Source: Candidatus Limnocylindria bacterium
Lineage (GTDB): Bacteria; Chloroflexota; Limnocylindria; QHBO01
Length of the DNA: 64,000 bases
Direction of reading: 5' to 3'
Assembly (NCBI GenBank): GCA_046715765.1
Contig: JBKJYH010000143.1
Coordinates: 4,584 to 68,583, forward strand
Each line of letters starts with the position of its first letter. Position 1 is the stretch's first letter. Both the position numbers and the translations under genes were made by a program. Positions 51,758 through 62,572 of the stretch are shown piece after piece. The notes under the pieces were generated by a model. That model saw only the letters and a program-made list of their open reading frames with translations, ran no database searches and was not told the DNA's origin.

Positions 51758-52908
51758 CTGCCTCGCGTCGGTTGCGAGTCGGCATCTTCGCGGGCGGCCG
51801 ATCCGTGGAGCACGAGGTCAGCGTCAGCTCGGCGGAAGCCGTGCTGCGGGCAATCGACCGCGATCGCTTCGAGCCGTACCTGGTCTACATCGACCGATTC
51901 GGCCGCTGGCAGCTCCCCGTCGGCCCGGCTCCCCAGCTCGGCAGCCAGCGACTTGCGGGCCTGCTCGGGGTGCAGGCCCCCGACGCGCCCGATGCACGGG
52001 CGCAGGGCCTGGATCCGATCCTCGACCCGGCCGCGGAGATCGCGGACGCACTCGCGCCCCGCGCCGCGGTCCGGTCGCTGGCGGAGATGATCGATGTCGC
52101 CTTCCTGGTGCTGCACGGCCCGTTCGGCGAGGACGGCACGCTCCAGGGCTTCCTGGAGATGGCGGAGATCCCATACACCGGGGCGGGCGTCCTCGCGTCG
52201 GCAGTGGCCATGGACAAGGTGGTCTTCAAGGACGTGATGCGGGGGCACGACTTGCCGGTGGTGGACTATGTCTGGTTCCGGCGCCACGACTGGCAGACCG
52301 ACCCGGGCCGGGTGCGGGATACTGTCCGGGCCTCGGTCGGTGAGCGCTGCATCGTCAAGCCGGCGCGCCTGGGCAGCAGCGTGGGGATGACCGTGGTCCA
52401 CCACGCTGGCGAGCTGGCTGCGGCCCTTGACGAGGCCTTCCGCTACGACGCAAAGGTGATCGTCGAGGCCTACCTGGTCGGTGCGCGCGAACTCGAATGC
52501 GGCGTGCTAGGCAATGACCGACCGATTGTCTTCGAGCCTGGCGAGGTGCGCAGCCATCACGAGTTCTACGACTACGAGGCCAAGTACGTCCCCGGGCTCG
52601 CCGACGTCCTGCCCCGAGCGGAGCTGGATCCGGCCCTCGCCGCCCGCCTCAAGCAGCTGAGCCTGGCCGCGTATCAGGCGATCGATTGTGCTGGCCTTGC
52701 CCGGGTCGACTTTCTGGTGCCCGCCGATGGGGTCTACCTATCAGAGATGAACACGCTGCCGGGCTTCACCGCGACCAGCATGTACCCCAAGCAAGCGCAG
52801 CTGGCCGGCCTCTCCTTCGCGGACCTGATCGCCCGCCTGATCGAACTCGGCCTGGAGGCCGATCGCGAGGGCCGCACCCCGGGCAGTCGGATCGAGGTGC
52901 TGGAGTGA
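51754..52908 (+). CDS. ddl: D-alanine--D-alanine ligase
   Basis: ATG at 51754 overlaps the murB stop. RLRVGIFAGGRSVEHEVS at the N-terminus and an ATP-grasp fold. Confidence 0.9.
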   Translation: MTASRRLRVGIFAGGRSVEHEVSVSSAEAVLRAIDRDRFEPYLVYIDRFGRWQLPVGPAPQLGSQRLAGLLGVQAPDAPDARAQGLDPILDPAAEIADALAPRAAVRSLAEMIDVAFLVLHGPFGEDGTLQGFLEMAEIPYTGAGVLASAVAMDKVVFKDVMRGHDLPVVDYVWFRRHDWQTDPGRVRDTVRASVGERCIVKPARLGSSVGMTVVHHAGELAAALDEAFRYDAKVIVEAYLVGARELECGVLGNDRPIVFEPGEVRSHHEFYDYEAKYVPGLADVLPRAELDPALAARLKQLSLAAYQAIDCAGLARVDFLVPADGVYLSEMNTLPGFTATSMYPKQAQLAGLSFADLIARLIELGLEADREGRTPGSRIEVLE

Positions 52909-53786
52909 CCCGCCGAACGGTGGGCGCCGGCCATCGCGCGGGAGCCCCTCGCGCGCGCACAGCGACCGCAAGGGATCACGCCCGGCGGCCGGCCGCACGA
53001 ACGCCTCGCCGGCTGCGCCTGCCACGGCTTGGGCGAGTGCTCGGGGTGGGGCTGCTGGCGATCGCCTCGGTCGCGCTTTCCGCGCTGATCAACGGACCCT
53101 GGCTGCGCGTGACCGAGGTCGATCTCCAGGGGGAGCGCTACACGTCGGCACGCGTGCTCGAGCGGATGATCGAGCCCATCCACGGTGTCTCGCTGCTGGC
53201 CCTCGACGGCGCCGCGCTGGCGTCGGCGGTGCGCGCCCTGCCCGCGGTCGCCAACGCGGAGGTCAGGATCATCCTGCCACGCCGAGTCGAGGTCGAACTG
53301 ACCGAGAAGCCGGCCGCCTTCGTGTGGCAGACCAGCGCGGTCCGGCTGATCGGGGCGGAGGACGGAACGCTGATCGGCCAACTGGCCCGCAGCGCGGCGC
53401 TGGCGGTCGATCTGCAGGGGCTGCCGTTCGTGGACGACCAGCGCCGGGCGTCGCGCGACATCATCGTGGGTGACATCCTCGATCCGGAGATCCTGGCCAG
53501 CGCGAAGCGACTCTGGCAGATTGACCCGATCGCGCTGGGCTCGGCCGCGACCCGGGTTGAGCTGGCGATTGACGACGAGCACGGGTTCGTGCTGGTATCG
53601 ACCTCGCCCGCCTGGCGAGCCGCACTGGGCTTTTACGGCGTCGCGCCGATCAATGCCCCAGCCGAGGTCGACGCCCAGGTCGACGCCCAGATCGCGGCCA
53701 TTCGGACCCTGTTCGCGGAGCAGCCCGAATCGGGAATCTCGTGGGTCGATGCCCGCAACCCGGGGAGGGTATATTGGACCCCATAA
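52905..53786 (+). CDS. ftsQ: cell division protein FtsQ/DivIB
   Basis: GTG at 52905 overlaps the ddl stop. Basic N-terminus, one TM helix, and POTRA plus beta domains (LRVTEVDLQG). Confidence 0.75.
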   Translation: MTRRTVGAGHRAGAPRARTATARDHARRPAARTPRRLRLPRLGRVLGVGLLAIASVALSALINGPWLRVTEVDLQGERYTSARVLERMIEPIHGVSLLALDGAALASAVRALPAVANAEVRIILPRRVEVELTEKPAAFVWQTSAVRLIGAEDGTLIGQLARSAALAVDLQGLPFVDDQRRASRDIIVGDILDPEILASAKRLWQIDPIALGSAATRVELAIDDEHGFVLVSTSPAWRAALGFYGVAPINAPAEVDAQVDAQIAAIRTLFAEQPESGISWVDARNPGRVYWTP

Positions 53787-53828
53787 CAGATGCGGCCGGG
53801 CCGATGACGGCCGCCGCACTGCGCAGCG

Positions 53829-54164
53829 GTGCTCCCATCGATGTGGCTCCCCGTCGTCGGCCTGGGGCTGGGCATCCTGCTCGGTCTCGTGCTCAATCTG
53901 AATGTCAGTCCGGACCTGGCGCGCTACAGCGCGGTCGGGATTCTGGCTGGCCTCGACTCGATCCTGGGCGCGGTGCGCGCGGAGCTGGATGCGCACTACG
54001 ACAACCGGGTCTTCATCTCCGGCTTCGTGGCCAACGCCGCGGTGGCGGTGCTGCTGACCTTCGTGGGGGATCGGTTGGGGATCGACCTGTACCTGGTTGC
54101 GCTGTTCGCCTTCGGGCTGCGCATCTTCCAAAACGTGGCACTCATCCGGCGCCACTTCCTGTAG
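53829..54164 (+). CDS. sbp: small basic protein Sbp (DUF1290)
   Basis: 111 aa. MWLPVVGLGLGILLG...IDLYLVALFAFGLRIFQNVALIRR resembles Bacillus Sbp, which sits between divIB and ftsA. Confidence 0.7.
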   Translation: MLPSMWLPVVGLGLGILLGLVLNLNVSPDLARYSAVGILAGLDSILGAVRAELDAHYDNRVFISGFVANAAVAVLLTFVGDRLGIDLYLVALFAFGLRIFQNVALIRRHFL

Positions 54165-54215
54165 GCTCGGGCGCGGCTCGGGCGGACAGGATGAGCCGCC
54201 TGATCTGGAGGTAGC

Positions 54216-55454
54216 GTGGAACGAGAGACGGTGCTGGTCGGCATCGACGTCGGGACGACCAAGGTGACGACCCTCATCGGCGAGGTCGGCCGCGACGGTC
54301 AGGTCTCGATCCTGGGCTACGGGATCGAACCCTCGGCCGGCATGAAGAAGGGGATGGTCGCCAACATCGAGCAGACCGTCAGCTCGATCGCGAACTCCCT
54401 GGAGAAGGCCGAGCGCCTGTCCGGCTACAAGATCTCATCGGCCTTCGTGGGCGTCGGCGGCAGCCAGATCAGCAGCCAGAACAGTCGCGGGGTAGTGGCC
54501 GTCTCCGGGCACAAGCGGGAGGTCACCCGCGAGGACGTGGCGCGCGCTACCGAGGCCGCCAAGGCGATCCAGATCCCGTCGAACCGCGAGATGCTGCACG
54601 TGATCCCACGCGGCTACATCCTGGATGGCCAGGAGGGGATAAAGGACCCGCTCGGGATGAGCGCGGTGCGCCTCGAGGTCGAGACCCATTTGGCCTCCGG
54701 GTCGGCCACCGCCATCCAGAACCTGAGCAAGTGCATCGCCAACGCCAATGTCCAGATCGACGAACTGGTGGTCAACTCCCTGGCCGCCGCCGAAGCCACC
54801 CTCAACGACACTGAGAAGGAGCTCGGGGTGCTGGTGGCCGACATCGGGGGCGGCACGACCGACCTCGCGATCTTCACCGATGGCGCCGCGTATCACACGG
54901 CCGTGCTGCCGGTCGGCGCGATCAACGTCACCAACGACGTGGCGATCGGGTTGCGCACCAGCCTCGACCTGGCCGAGGAGATCAAGATCAAGCACGGAAC
55001 GGCCCACATGCCCGACGTGCAACCCGAGGAGCTGCTCAGCGTCGCGGTCCTGGGCGAGCGCGGCGGGCAGACGATCCAGCGCCGCAAGCTGTGCGAGGTG
55101 ATCGAGGCCCGGATGAGCGAGATCTACTGGCTCATCGGCGAGGAGATCAAGCGCTCGGGCCATAGCGGCCTGCTGCCGGCCGGGGTGGTGCTGACCGGCG
55201 GCGGCGCGCGGCTGGCCGGGGCGGCCGACCTCGCCCGTGAAGCCCTGAACATGCCGGTCCGGATCGGTCAACCGCAGGGGGTCGGCGGCCTGATGGACCA
55301 CCTCTCCAACCCCGCCTTCGCGACTCCCATCGGACTGCTGCTGTGGGGCGCCCGCCACATCGGGGGCGAGCCGATCGGGTTCGCCGCCGGAGGGCCGGGG
55401 AATGGTCCGGTGGCACGCGCCTGGGACTGGCTGCGCGGCATGTTCCCGGGCTGA
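54216..55454 (+). CDS. ftsA: cell division protein FtsA
   Basis: GTG start after GGAGG. Actin-like ATPase (VGIDVGTTKV; DIGGGTTD). Confidence 0.9.
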   Translation: MERETVLVGIDVGTTKVTTLIGEVGRDGQVSILGYGIEPSAGMKKGMVANIEQTVSSIANSLEKAERLSGYKISSAFVGVGGSQISSQNSRGVVAVSGHKREVTREDVARATEAAKAIQIPSNREMLHVIPRGYILDGQEGIKDPLGMSAVRLEVETHLASGSATAIQNLSKCIANANVQIDELVVNSLAAAEATLNDTEKELGVLVADIGGGTTDLAIFTDGAAYHTAVLPVGAINVTNDVAIGLRTSLDLAEEIKIKHGTAHMPDVQPEELLSVAVLGERGGQTIQRRKLCEVIEARMSEIYWLIGEEIKRSGHSGLLPAGVVLTGGGARLAGAADLAREALNMPVRIGQPQGVGGLMDHLSNPAFATPIGLLLWGARHIGGEPIGFAAGGPGNGPVARAWDWLRGMFPG

Positions 55455-55495
55455 CCGCCCGATTGGCGCGACCGCGCCCGATGCAGCCGCGCGGC

Positions 55496-55526
55496 TGTGG
55501 ATAAGTCCCGAAAGAGATGTGGATAA
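55496..55526 (+). promoter_or_regulatory. two perfect DnaA boxes (TGTGGATAA, which is TTATCCACA on the complement) in direct orientation, 22 bp apart, in the ftsA-ftsZ spacer
   Basis: Exact 9-mers at 55496-55504 and 55518-55526 in a locally AT-rich stretch. A TAGAAT hexamer follows at 55555-55560. Confidence 0.5.
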
Positions 55527-55624
55527 AAACCCCGACACGGAGCCGCGCGGATCGGTAGAATCGGTCAAACCCGCGTGCCGACGGGTTGCCACGCCCTCCA
55601 TACGAGCAGGAGAGAAGGACCCCC

Positions 55625-56884
55625 ATGCCGCTCCGGTCGGACGCAGAGCATTTCGCATTGATCAAGGTCATCGGCGTGGGCGGTGGCGGCAGCAACGCCG
55701 TGAACCGGATGATCCGCGCCGAGATGATGGGCGTCGAGTTCATCGCGGTGAACACCGACGCGCAGGCGCTGTTGCAGAGCGATGCGCCGCACAAGATCCG
55801 GATCGGTGACAAGTTGACCCGCGGCCTCGGGGCCGGAGCCGACCCCGGCGTCGGGCAGCGCGCCGCCGAGGAGGACAGCGAGAAGATCTACGAGGCGCTC
55901 AAGGACGCCGACATGATCTTCATCACCGCCGGGATGGGTGGGGGGACCGGGTCTGGCGCGGCGCATGTCATCGCCGAGATTGCCAAGGACCTGGGAGCCC
56001 TGACGGTCGGTGTCATCACCAAGCCGTTCAGCTTCGAAGGCGTGCGGCGCAAGTTGGTTGCCGAGCAGTTCAGTGAGTTGCTCAAGGAGAAGTGCGACAC
56101 CCTGATCACCATCCCCAACGACCGCCTGCGCGAAGTCGTGGACAAGAAGACCTCGATCCTGGACGCCTTCCGGGTGGTGGACGACGTGCTGCGCCAGGGC
56201 GTGCAGGGGATCAGCGATCTGATCACCGTCCCGGGCCTGATCAACCTCGACTTCGCCGACGTCAAGACGATCATGCGCGACGCGGGTTCGAGCATGATGG
56301 GGATCGGGGTCGGCACAGGCGACAACCGGGCGGTGGACGCTGCCCGCGCCGCGATCATGAGCCCGTTGCTCGAGGTGAACATCACCGGCGCGCGCGGGAT
56401 CCTGTTCAACGTCACTGGCGGCAGCGACCTGGGCCTGTTCGAGGTCAACGAGGCCGCCGAGGTGATCAAGGAGGCCGCCGACCCGGAGGCCAACATCATC
56501 TTCGGAACGGTGATCGACGACCGGATGCGGGACGAGGTCAAGGTAACCGTCATCGCCACCGGGTTCGATGCCAGCAAGAAGATTCGTCAGCCGGCCCACA
56601 AGGCGGAAGCCGGTGCCAGGGTAGGCAGCGGAGTCGAGGAATCCCTCGACGCTCGCAGCCGCGAGATCCTGGCTGAGATCGAGCGCGAGCGCGCCGAGCG
56701 CCGCGCACTTGAGAGCCAGATGCCGGAGCCCTCGCCGTTCGCGGCCGAGGAGCGGTCAGAGACGCGCACAGAGCGCCAGGAGCGCACCGAGCGCCTGGCG
56801 ATCCCGGTCCGATCGGCCGAGCGGTCGGCCTTCGGCGACACCGACCTCGACATCCCTGCCTTCCTGCGCCGCAAGGACGGGTAG
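55625..56884 (+). CDS. ftsZ: cell division GTPase FtsZ
   Basis: ATG at 55625 after GGAGAGAAGGA. GGGTGSG tubulin signature and a conserved C-terminal peptide (DIPAFLRRK). Confidence 0.95.
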   Translation: MPLRSDAEHFALIKVIGVGGGGSNAVNRMIRAEMMGVEFIAVNTDAQALLQSDAPHKIRIGDKLTRGLGAGADPGVGQRAAEEDSEKIYEALKDADMIFITAGMGGGTGSGAAHVIAEIAKDLGALTVGVITKPFSFEGVRRKLVAEQFSELLKEKCDTLITIPNDRLREVVDKKTSILDAFRVVDDVLRQGVQGISDLITVPGLINLDFADVKTIMRDAGSSMMGIGVGTGDNRAVDAARAAIMSPLLEVNITGARGILFNVTGGSDLGLFEVNEAAEVIKEAADPEANIIFGTVIDDRMRDEVKVTVIATGFDASKKIRQPAHKAEAGARVGSGVEESLDARSREILAEIERERAERRALESQMPEPSPFAAEERSETRTERQERTERLAIPVRSAERSAFGDTDLDIPAFLRRKDG

Positions 56885-56901
56885 GCGACAGGACTCAGGC
56901 G

Positions 56902-56924
56902 CGCCCCGGCCCCCGGCCGGGGCG
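56902..56924 (+). terminator. intrinsic terminator-like hairpin after ftsZ (10-bp GC stem, 3-nt loop, then a T-containing tail)
   Basis: CGCCCCGGCC-ccc-GGCCGGGGCG followed by tcgtcgcgttcgg. Confidence 0.5.
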
Positions 56925-56937
56925 TCGTCGCGTTCGG

Positions 56938-57678
56938 GTGACCCCGATGCTGCCCATCGACGAACCGCCGCTTTCCGCGGAACTGGTAGGGGAGCGACTG
57001 GCGACGCTCTCAGCGCGACTCCGCGCGGCCGCCTCCGCCGCTGACCGCGATCCGGGTGCGTTCCGGATCGTGGCCGTCACCAAGGGGTTCGGGCTGGACG
57101 CGGTCCGAGCAGCCCTCGGCGCCGGTCTGCGGATCCTCGGCGAGAGCCGCGTCCAGGAGGCTCTGCTCAAGATCGATGCCGAGCCGGCTGCCGAATGGCA
57201 CCTGATCGGTCGCCTGCAGGCCAACAAGGTACGCCCGGCGGTGCGCGCCTTCGGGGTGATCCACGCCGTGGACTCGCTCGACCTCTTGACCCGGATCGAC
57301 CGGATCAGTGGAGAGGAGGGTTGCGCTCCACGCGTGTTGCTGGAGGTCAACCTCTCCGGAGAGCCGAACAGGGCTGGCTTCGACCCGGGCTGGTTCGGCA
57401 ACCAGGCGAAGACCAATGCGGAGTTGGCCCGGGCATTGCGCGGTGCGCTCCATGCCCGCCCGGTCGGGCTGATGGGGATCGCTCCTGCCGGTGTTTCGTT
57501 CGACGACGCGCGCACCTGCTTCGCGGCACTGCGCCGCCTGCGGGACGCACTCCAGGAGCGGGTGGGGCCGCTTCCCGAACTGTCGATGGGGATGACCTCA
57601 GACGCTGACGCCGCGGTGGCCGAGGGGGCCACCCTGGTACGGGTCGGCACCGGCCTGTTCGGGCCGCGCCCCGGCTGA
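56938..57678 (+). CDS. YggS/YlmE family PLP-binding homeostasis protein
   Basis: 246 aa with a TIM-barrel alanine-racemase-like N-terminus (VAVTKG, HLIGRLQANK). Confidence 0.85.
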   Translation: MTPMLPIDEPPLSAELVGERLATLSARLRAAASAADRDPGAFRIVAVTKGFGLDAVRAALGAGLRILGESRVQEALLKIDAEPAAEWHLIGRLQANKVRPAVRAFGVIHAVDSLDLLTRIDRISGEEGCAPRVLLEVNLSGEPNRAGFDPGWFGNQAKTNAELARALRGALHARPVGLMGIAPAGVSFDDARTCFAALRRLRDALQERVGPLPELSMGMTSDADAAVAEGATLVRVGTGLFGPRPG

Positions 57679-57704
57679 ACCGGCGCTGCTATCCTCACCC
57701 TCCC

Positions 57705-57959
57705 ATGCCGGCGCTTTTCTCCAACTTCCTGTCGCTGCTGGTGATGGTGCTGTGGGCGCTGGTCCTCGCCCGCGTCCTGGTCAGCTGGGTCGTCCCGCGC
57801 GGGGGCGGCGGGGGACTGGTCGCGTTCATCTACCAGGCCACCGAACCCATCCTCGCCCCCGTCCGTCGACTCCTCCCGCCGACCGCCGGCGTCGATTGGG
57901 CGCCACTCATCGTCATGCTGCTGCTCGGCGCCCTGACCCGGATCGTCGGCCGGCTGTAA
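57705..57959 (+). CDS. YggT family membrane protein (cell-division associated)
   Basis: 84 aa with two TM helices, in the canonical position after ylmE. Confidence 0.75.
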   Translation: MPALFSNFLSLLVMVLWALVLARVLVSWVVPRGGGGGLVAFIYQATEPILAPVRRLLPPTAGVDWAPLIVMLLLGALTRIVGRL

Positions 57960-58048
57960 CCGGCGTGCGAGCCGAGTTGCACCTGCGGCTGACACCCCGG
58001 GCGACCGCGGACCGCGTCGTGGCCCGCGGCTATACTGCCGTCCCCCGT

Positions 58049-58125
<77 letters not shown>

Positions 58126-58155
58126 CCCATCCCGCACCGGCGCAACTGACGACCA

Positions 58156-59439
58156 ATGCCATCCGTCCCGGGGCCCATCCGCAGACGCCTCCGCGGAATC
58201 AAGATCCTCCAGCCGCTGGCCGAGCGCGACTACGCCCTGCTGACCGGCGGTTCGCTCGTCTCCCAGCTCGGCGATGGCTTCTTCTACGTTGCCCTCGCCT
58301 GGCAGGTCTACCAGATCAGCAACGTGCCGACCGCCCTTTCGCTGGTCGGTCTGGCCTGGACCTTGCCACTCCTCTTCTTCGTCCTGATCGGGGGAGTCTT
58401 CAGCGACCGATACGACCGCCGCTGGCTGATGGTCTGGGCGGACGTCGTCCGTGCCCTGGCCATTGGCCTGATGGGATTGCTTTCAGTGACCGGGGTTATC
58501 GAGTTGTGGCACCTGGTGGCCCTCATCGCGTTCGTCGGCCTCGGTGACGCGTTCTTCAATCCGGCCTCCACTGCCATGGTCCCGGACCTGCTGCCGGAGG
58601 AGCAATTGCCCTCCGCCAATGCGCTCCAGGGGCTGATCCGCCCGCTTACGATCCGGCTGATCGGGCCGGCCATCGGCGGCTTCACGGTCGCGGCCATCGG
58701 CTCGGGCACGGCATTCCTGTTCGACGCCGCCAGCTTCCTCGTCTCCGCGGTTGCGATCCTGGCGATTGCCCCGCGTCCGCGCCGGGAGGTGGGGGACCAC
58801 GGGCTGCGCCAGACACTGGTCGAGGTCCGCGAGGGGATGGCCTTTGTTCGAGCCACGCCGTGGCTGTGGGCCACCCTCGTTTCGGCGATGCTCAGCCTCC
58901 TCGTGTTCGTCGGTCCCGAGGAGGTGCTCTTGCCCTTCCTGGTCAAGAACCGGCTCGACCTTGGAGCTGACGCGCTGGGCGCGATCTTCGCGGTCGGCGG
59001 GGTGGGATCGGTGCTGACCGCCATCACGGTTGGCCAGTTCGGACAGCCCCGTCTCAAGGTGACGGCGATGTACCTATCGTGGTCGGTTGGCGTCCTGCTG
59101 ATCGGCGGCTTCGGCCTGATGACGGAGCTGTGGCACGCCCTGATCCTGTCGGCGGTCGGCGCCTCGCTCTTCGAGTTGGGCCAGATCATCTGGACCACGA
59201 TGCTGCAGCAGCTGGTCCCCCGAGAGCTGCTCGGCCGCGTGTCGAGCCTCGACTGGCTGGTCTCCGTCGGACTGGTGCCGGTCTCGTTCGCGCTCACCGG
59301 TCCGGTGGCGGCCAGCATCGGAGCGGAGATGACCCTGGTACTGGCCGGGACCATCGGCGCGGTCCTGATGGGGGCGCTGCTCTTCGCGCCCGGCGTTCGC
59401 GACCCGGAGCGCGCCCCGCGGACAGGTTCGGTCGGATGA
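58156..59439 (+). CDS. MFS transporter
   Basis: 427 aa, 12 TM helices. MFS motif A-like GGVFSDRYDRR. Confidence 0.8.
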   Translation: MPSVPGPIRRRLRGIKILQPLAERDYALLTGGSLVSQLGDGFFYVALAWQVYQISNVPTALSLVGLAWTLPLLFFVLIGGVFSDRYDRRWLMVWADVVRALAIGLMGLLSVTGVIELWHLVALIAFVGLGDAFFNPASTAMVPDLLPEEQLPSANALQGLIRPLTIRLIGPAIGGFTVAAIGSGTAFLFDAASFLVSAVAILAIAPRPRREVGDHGLRQTLVEVREGMAFVRATPWLWATLVSAMLSLLVFVGPEEVLLPFLVKNRLDLGADALGAIFAVGGVGSVLTAITVGQFGQPRLKVTAMYLSWSVGVLLIGGFGLMTELWHALILSAVGASLFELGQIIWTTMLQQLVPRELLGRVSSLDWLVSVGLVPVSFALTGPVAASIGAEMTLVLAGTIGAVLMGALLFAPGVRDPERAPRTGSVG

Positions 59440-60665
59440 CCCCCGACCCGGCGGCGCCGATGCGGATCGCGATCTTCGGCGAGTCGTATCTGCCCTACCT
59501 GTCGGGCGTTACGGTTGCCAGCGAGGCACTCGGTCGCGGGCTGGCAGCGGCCGGCCACGAGGTCCTGATGGTCATGCCTCGACCCGCCGCGGGACACGCC
59601 CCGGGCAGTGCCGGTGCCATCGGTCCGGAGCTGCGCGTCGCCTGGCTGCCGTCGTTCCAGGCCCCGCCGCCCGCGCCGGTCGGCTACCGGGTCCCGTGGC
59701 CGATTCCCTCCGCGGCCCTGCGCCAGGCGATGGCGTTCGGCCCCGAGGTGGTGCACGCCCAATCGCCGTTCAGTTCGGGCCTGATGGCGCGCCGGCTGGC
59801 GCGCCGGGTGGGAGGGCCCCTCGTCTTCACCCACCACACCCGCTTCGACGACTACACGCGCTACTTTGGCCCGCTCGCCGGCTTGGCGACGTCGGCATCC
59901 GGAGCCTGGCTGCGCGCATGGTGGCGCGGCTGCGCAGCGGTCGTAGCCCCCGGCACCCAACTCGCGGAGGAGATCCGCGACCGACTCGCCGGTTCGGGGC
60001 CACCGGTGCATGTGATCCCCACCGGGATCGAGGTCACCGCTATCGCAGGGCTGACCCCGCGCGATCCGCGTCCGGAGTCCGACTGGCCGGCGGACAGCCT
60101 GGTCGTGGCCAGCCTCGGTCGGGTAGCGCTCGAGAAGAGCGTTGACCTGCTGCTGAATGCCTTCGGCCAGGCGGCCCTCGCCGATTCGCGACTCCGCCTG
60201 TTGCTGATCGGGGGCGGACCGGCCGAGGCACTGGTGTCGGCGCGCGCCGTGGCTGCCGGATTGACCGACCGGGTGCGAATCACTGGGATGCTGCCCCGGA
60301 TCGAGGCGCTCCGCCTCGTGCGTGGGGCCGACCTGTTCGCGTTTGCCAGCCGCACCGAGACCCAGGGGCTGGTCCTGGCCGAGGCGCTCGCCGCTGGCGT
60401 GCCGGTCCTGGCCCTGCGCGGCCCCGGGGTGGGCGATGCGGTGCGGCCCGGGGTCGATGGCCTGATCGTCGACGGACCTGACCAACCGGCCCGCGTCGCC
60501 GCGCTGGCGGGCGCGATGACCGCGCTGGCGGCGGATCCCGATCGCCGCGCCGCCATGTCGGCCGCCGCGCTCGCAGGCGCCGTCCGCTTCGACACGGCGA
60601 CCCGGATTGGCGAGATGGCGGCGCTGTATCGCGAGCTGGCGGCCAGGATGCCGCGGGGCGGGTAA
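59436..60665 (+). CDS. glycosyltransferase family 4
   Basis: ATG at 59436 overlaps the MFS stop. GT4 N-terminus (IAIFGESYLPYLSGV) and the C-terminal EX7E region (TETQGLVLAEALAAGVPVLA). Confidence 0.8.
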   Translation: MTPDPAAPMRIAIFGESYLPYLSGVTVASEALGRGLAAAGHEVLMVMPRPAAGHAPGSAGAIGPELRVAWLPSFQAPPPAPVGYRVPWPIPSAALRQAMAFGPEVVHAQSPFSSGLMARRLARRVGGPLVFTHHTRFDDYTRYFGPLAGLATSASGAWLRAWWRGCAAVVAPGTQLAEEIRDRLAGSGPPVHVIPTGIEVTAIAGLTPRDPRPESDWPADSLVVASLGRVALEKSVDLLLNAFGQAALADSRLRLLLIGGGPAEALVSARAVAAGLTDRVRITGMLPRIEALRLVRGADLFAFASRTETQGLVLAEALAAGVPVLALRGPGVGDAVRPGVDGLIVDGPDQPARVAALAGAMTALAADPDRRAAMSAAALAGAVRFDTATRIGEMAALYRELAARMPRGG

Positions 60666-60945
60666 GGGTTGCGGGCGGTCCGGCGGTGGGTACAATGCCG
60701 GCATGCGCGCCAGCCACCCGAACATGACCTTCCACTCCGGCCCGCGGCGTACCGGCCGGGCTCGGCTGGGACTGGCCCGGGCGGCGGTCACCTATCATCA
60801 GCCGCGCACCGAACGGACCGCGCAGATGCGGTCTCCGAGCACTCAGTTCAGCTTCCCGGTGATGGGCCGGCTCGGGCAGGTTGCGGTCCGCCGCTCGGTT
60901 CTGCAGCTCGGGCTCCCGCGCGTTCGTCGCGGATAACGGCGGGGC

Positions 60946-61409
60946 GTGCCGACCCTGCGGACCACCCGGGCGACATCGGCCGGCGGGGTAGTTCATCGCC
61001 TCGGTCCCGATGGGCTCGAAGTCGTGATCGTGCATCGTCGCCAGCCGCGCCTGTGGGCCCTCCCCAAGGGCACACCCAACCCCGGCGAAACGCTGGAGCA
61101 GACGGCGGTGCGCGAGACCCGTGAAGAGACAGGCCTGCATGTTGCGGTGGAAGGGCCGATACGCTCGATCTCGTACTTCTTCGTCCGGGGTGCGGTCCGG
61201 TTCCACAAGACCGTCCACTTCTACCTGATGCGACCGATCGGGGGCGACCTGACGGAGCACGATCACGAGTTCGACGAGGTGCGCTGGGCGCCGGTCGAGG
61301 AGGCGCTCGAACTCCTGACCCACGCCACCGAGCGCAGCGTGGCCGAGCGAGCTGCGGTCATCCTGTCCGCACCCATTCCGGCCATCCCACTTCCCGCCGA
61401 GTTGGCCGG

Positions 61410-61413
<4 letters not shown>
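60946..61413 (+). CDS. NUDIX hydrolase
   Basis: Nudix box GTPNPGETLEQTAVRETREETG. Confidence 0.75.
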
Positions 61414-62552
<1,139 letters not shown>

Positions 62553-62572
62553 TCGACAGGAGCCAGATCGCC

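Noticed and set aside
55455-55624. oriC in the ftsA-ftsZ spacer, because of the DnaA boxes
   Set aside because: There are only two boxes and no AT-rich DNA-unwinding element. The position is inside the dcw operon, so the boxes are more likely a regulatory site than an origin.
60666-60945. Glycine riboswitch upstream of the NUDIX-gcvT-gcvH-gcvP genes; small basic ORF 60702-60936
   Set aside because: A CACCGAAcGG fragment is present, but the GGAGAG and GCAA/CTCAGGCAAAAGGAC conserved cores are absent, and NUDIX overlaps gcvT, leaving no leader. The 77-aa ORF is Arg-rich with no recognisable family, so it was left uncalled.
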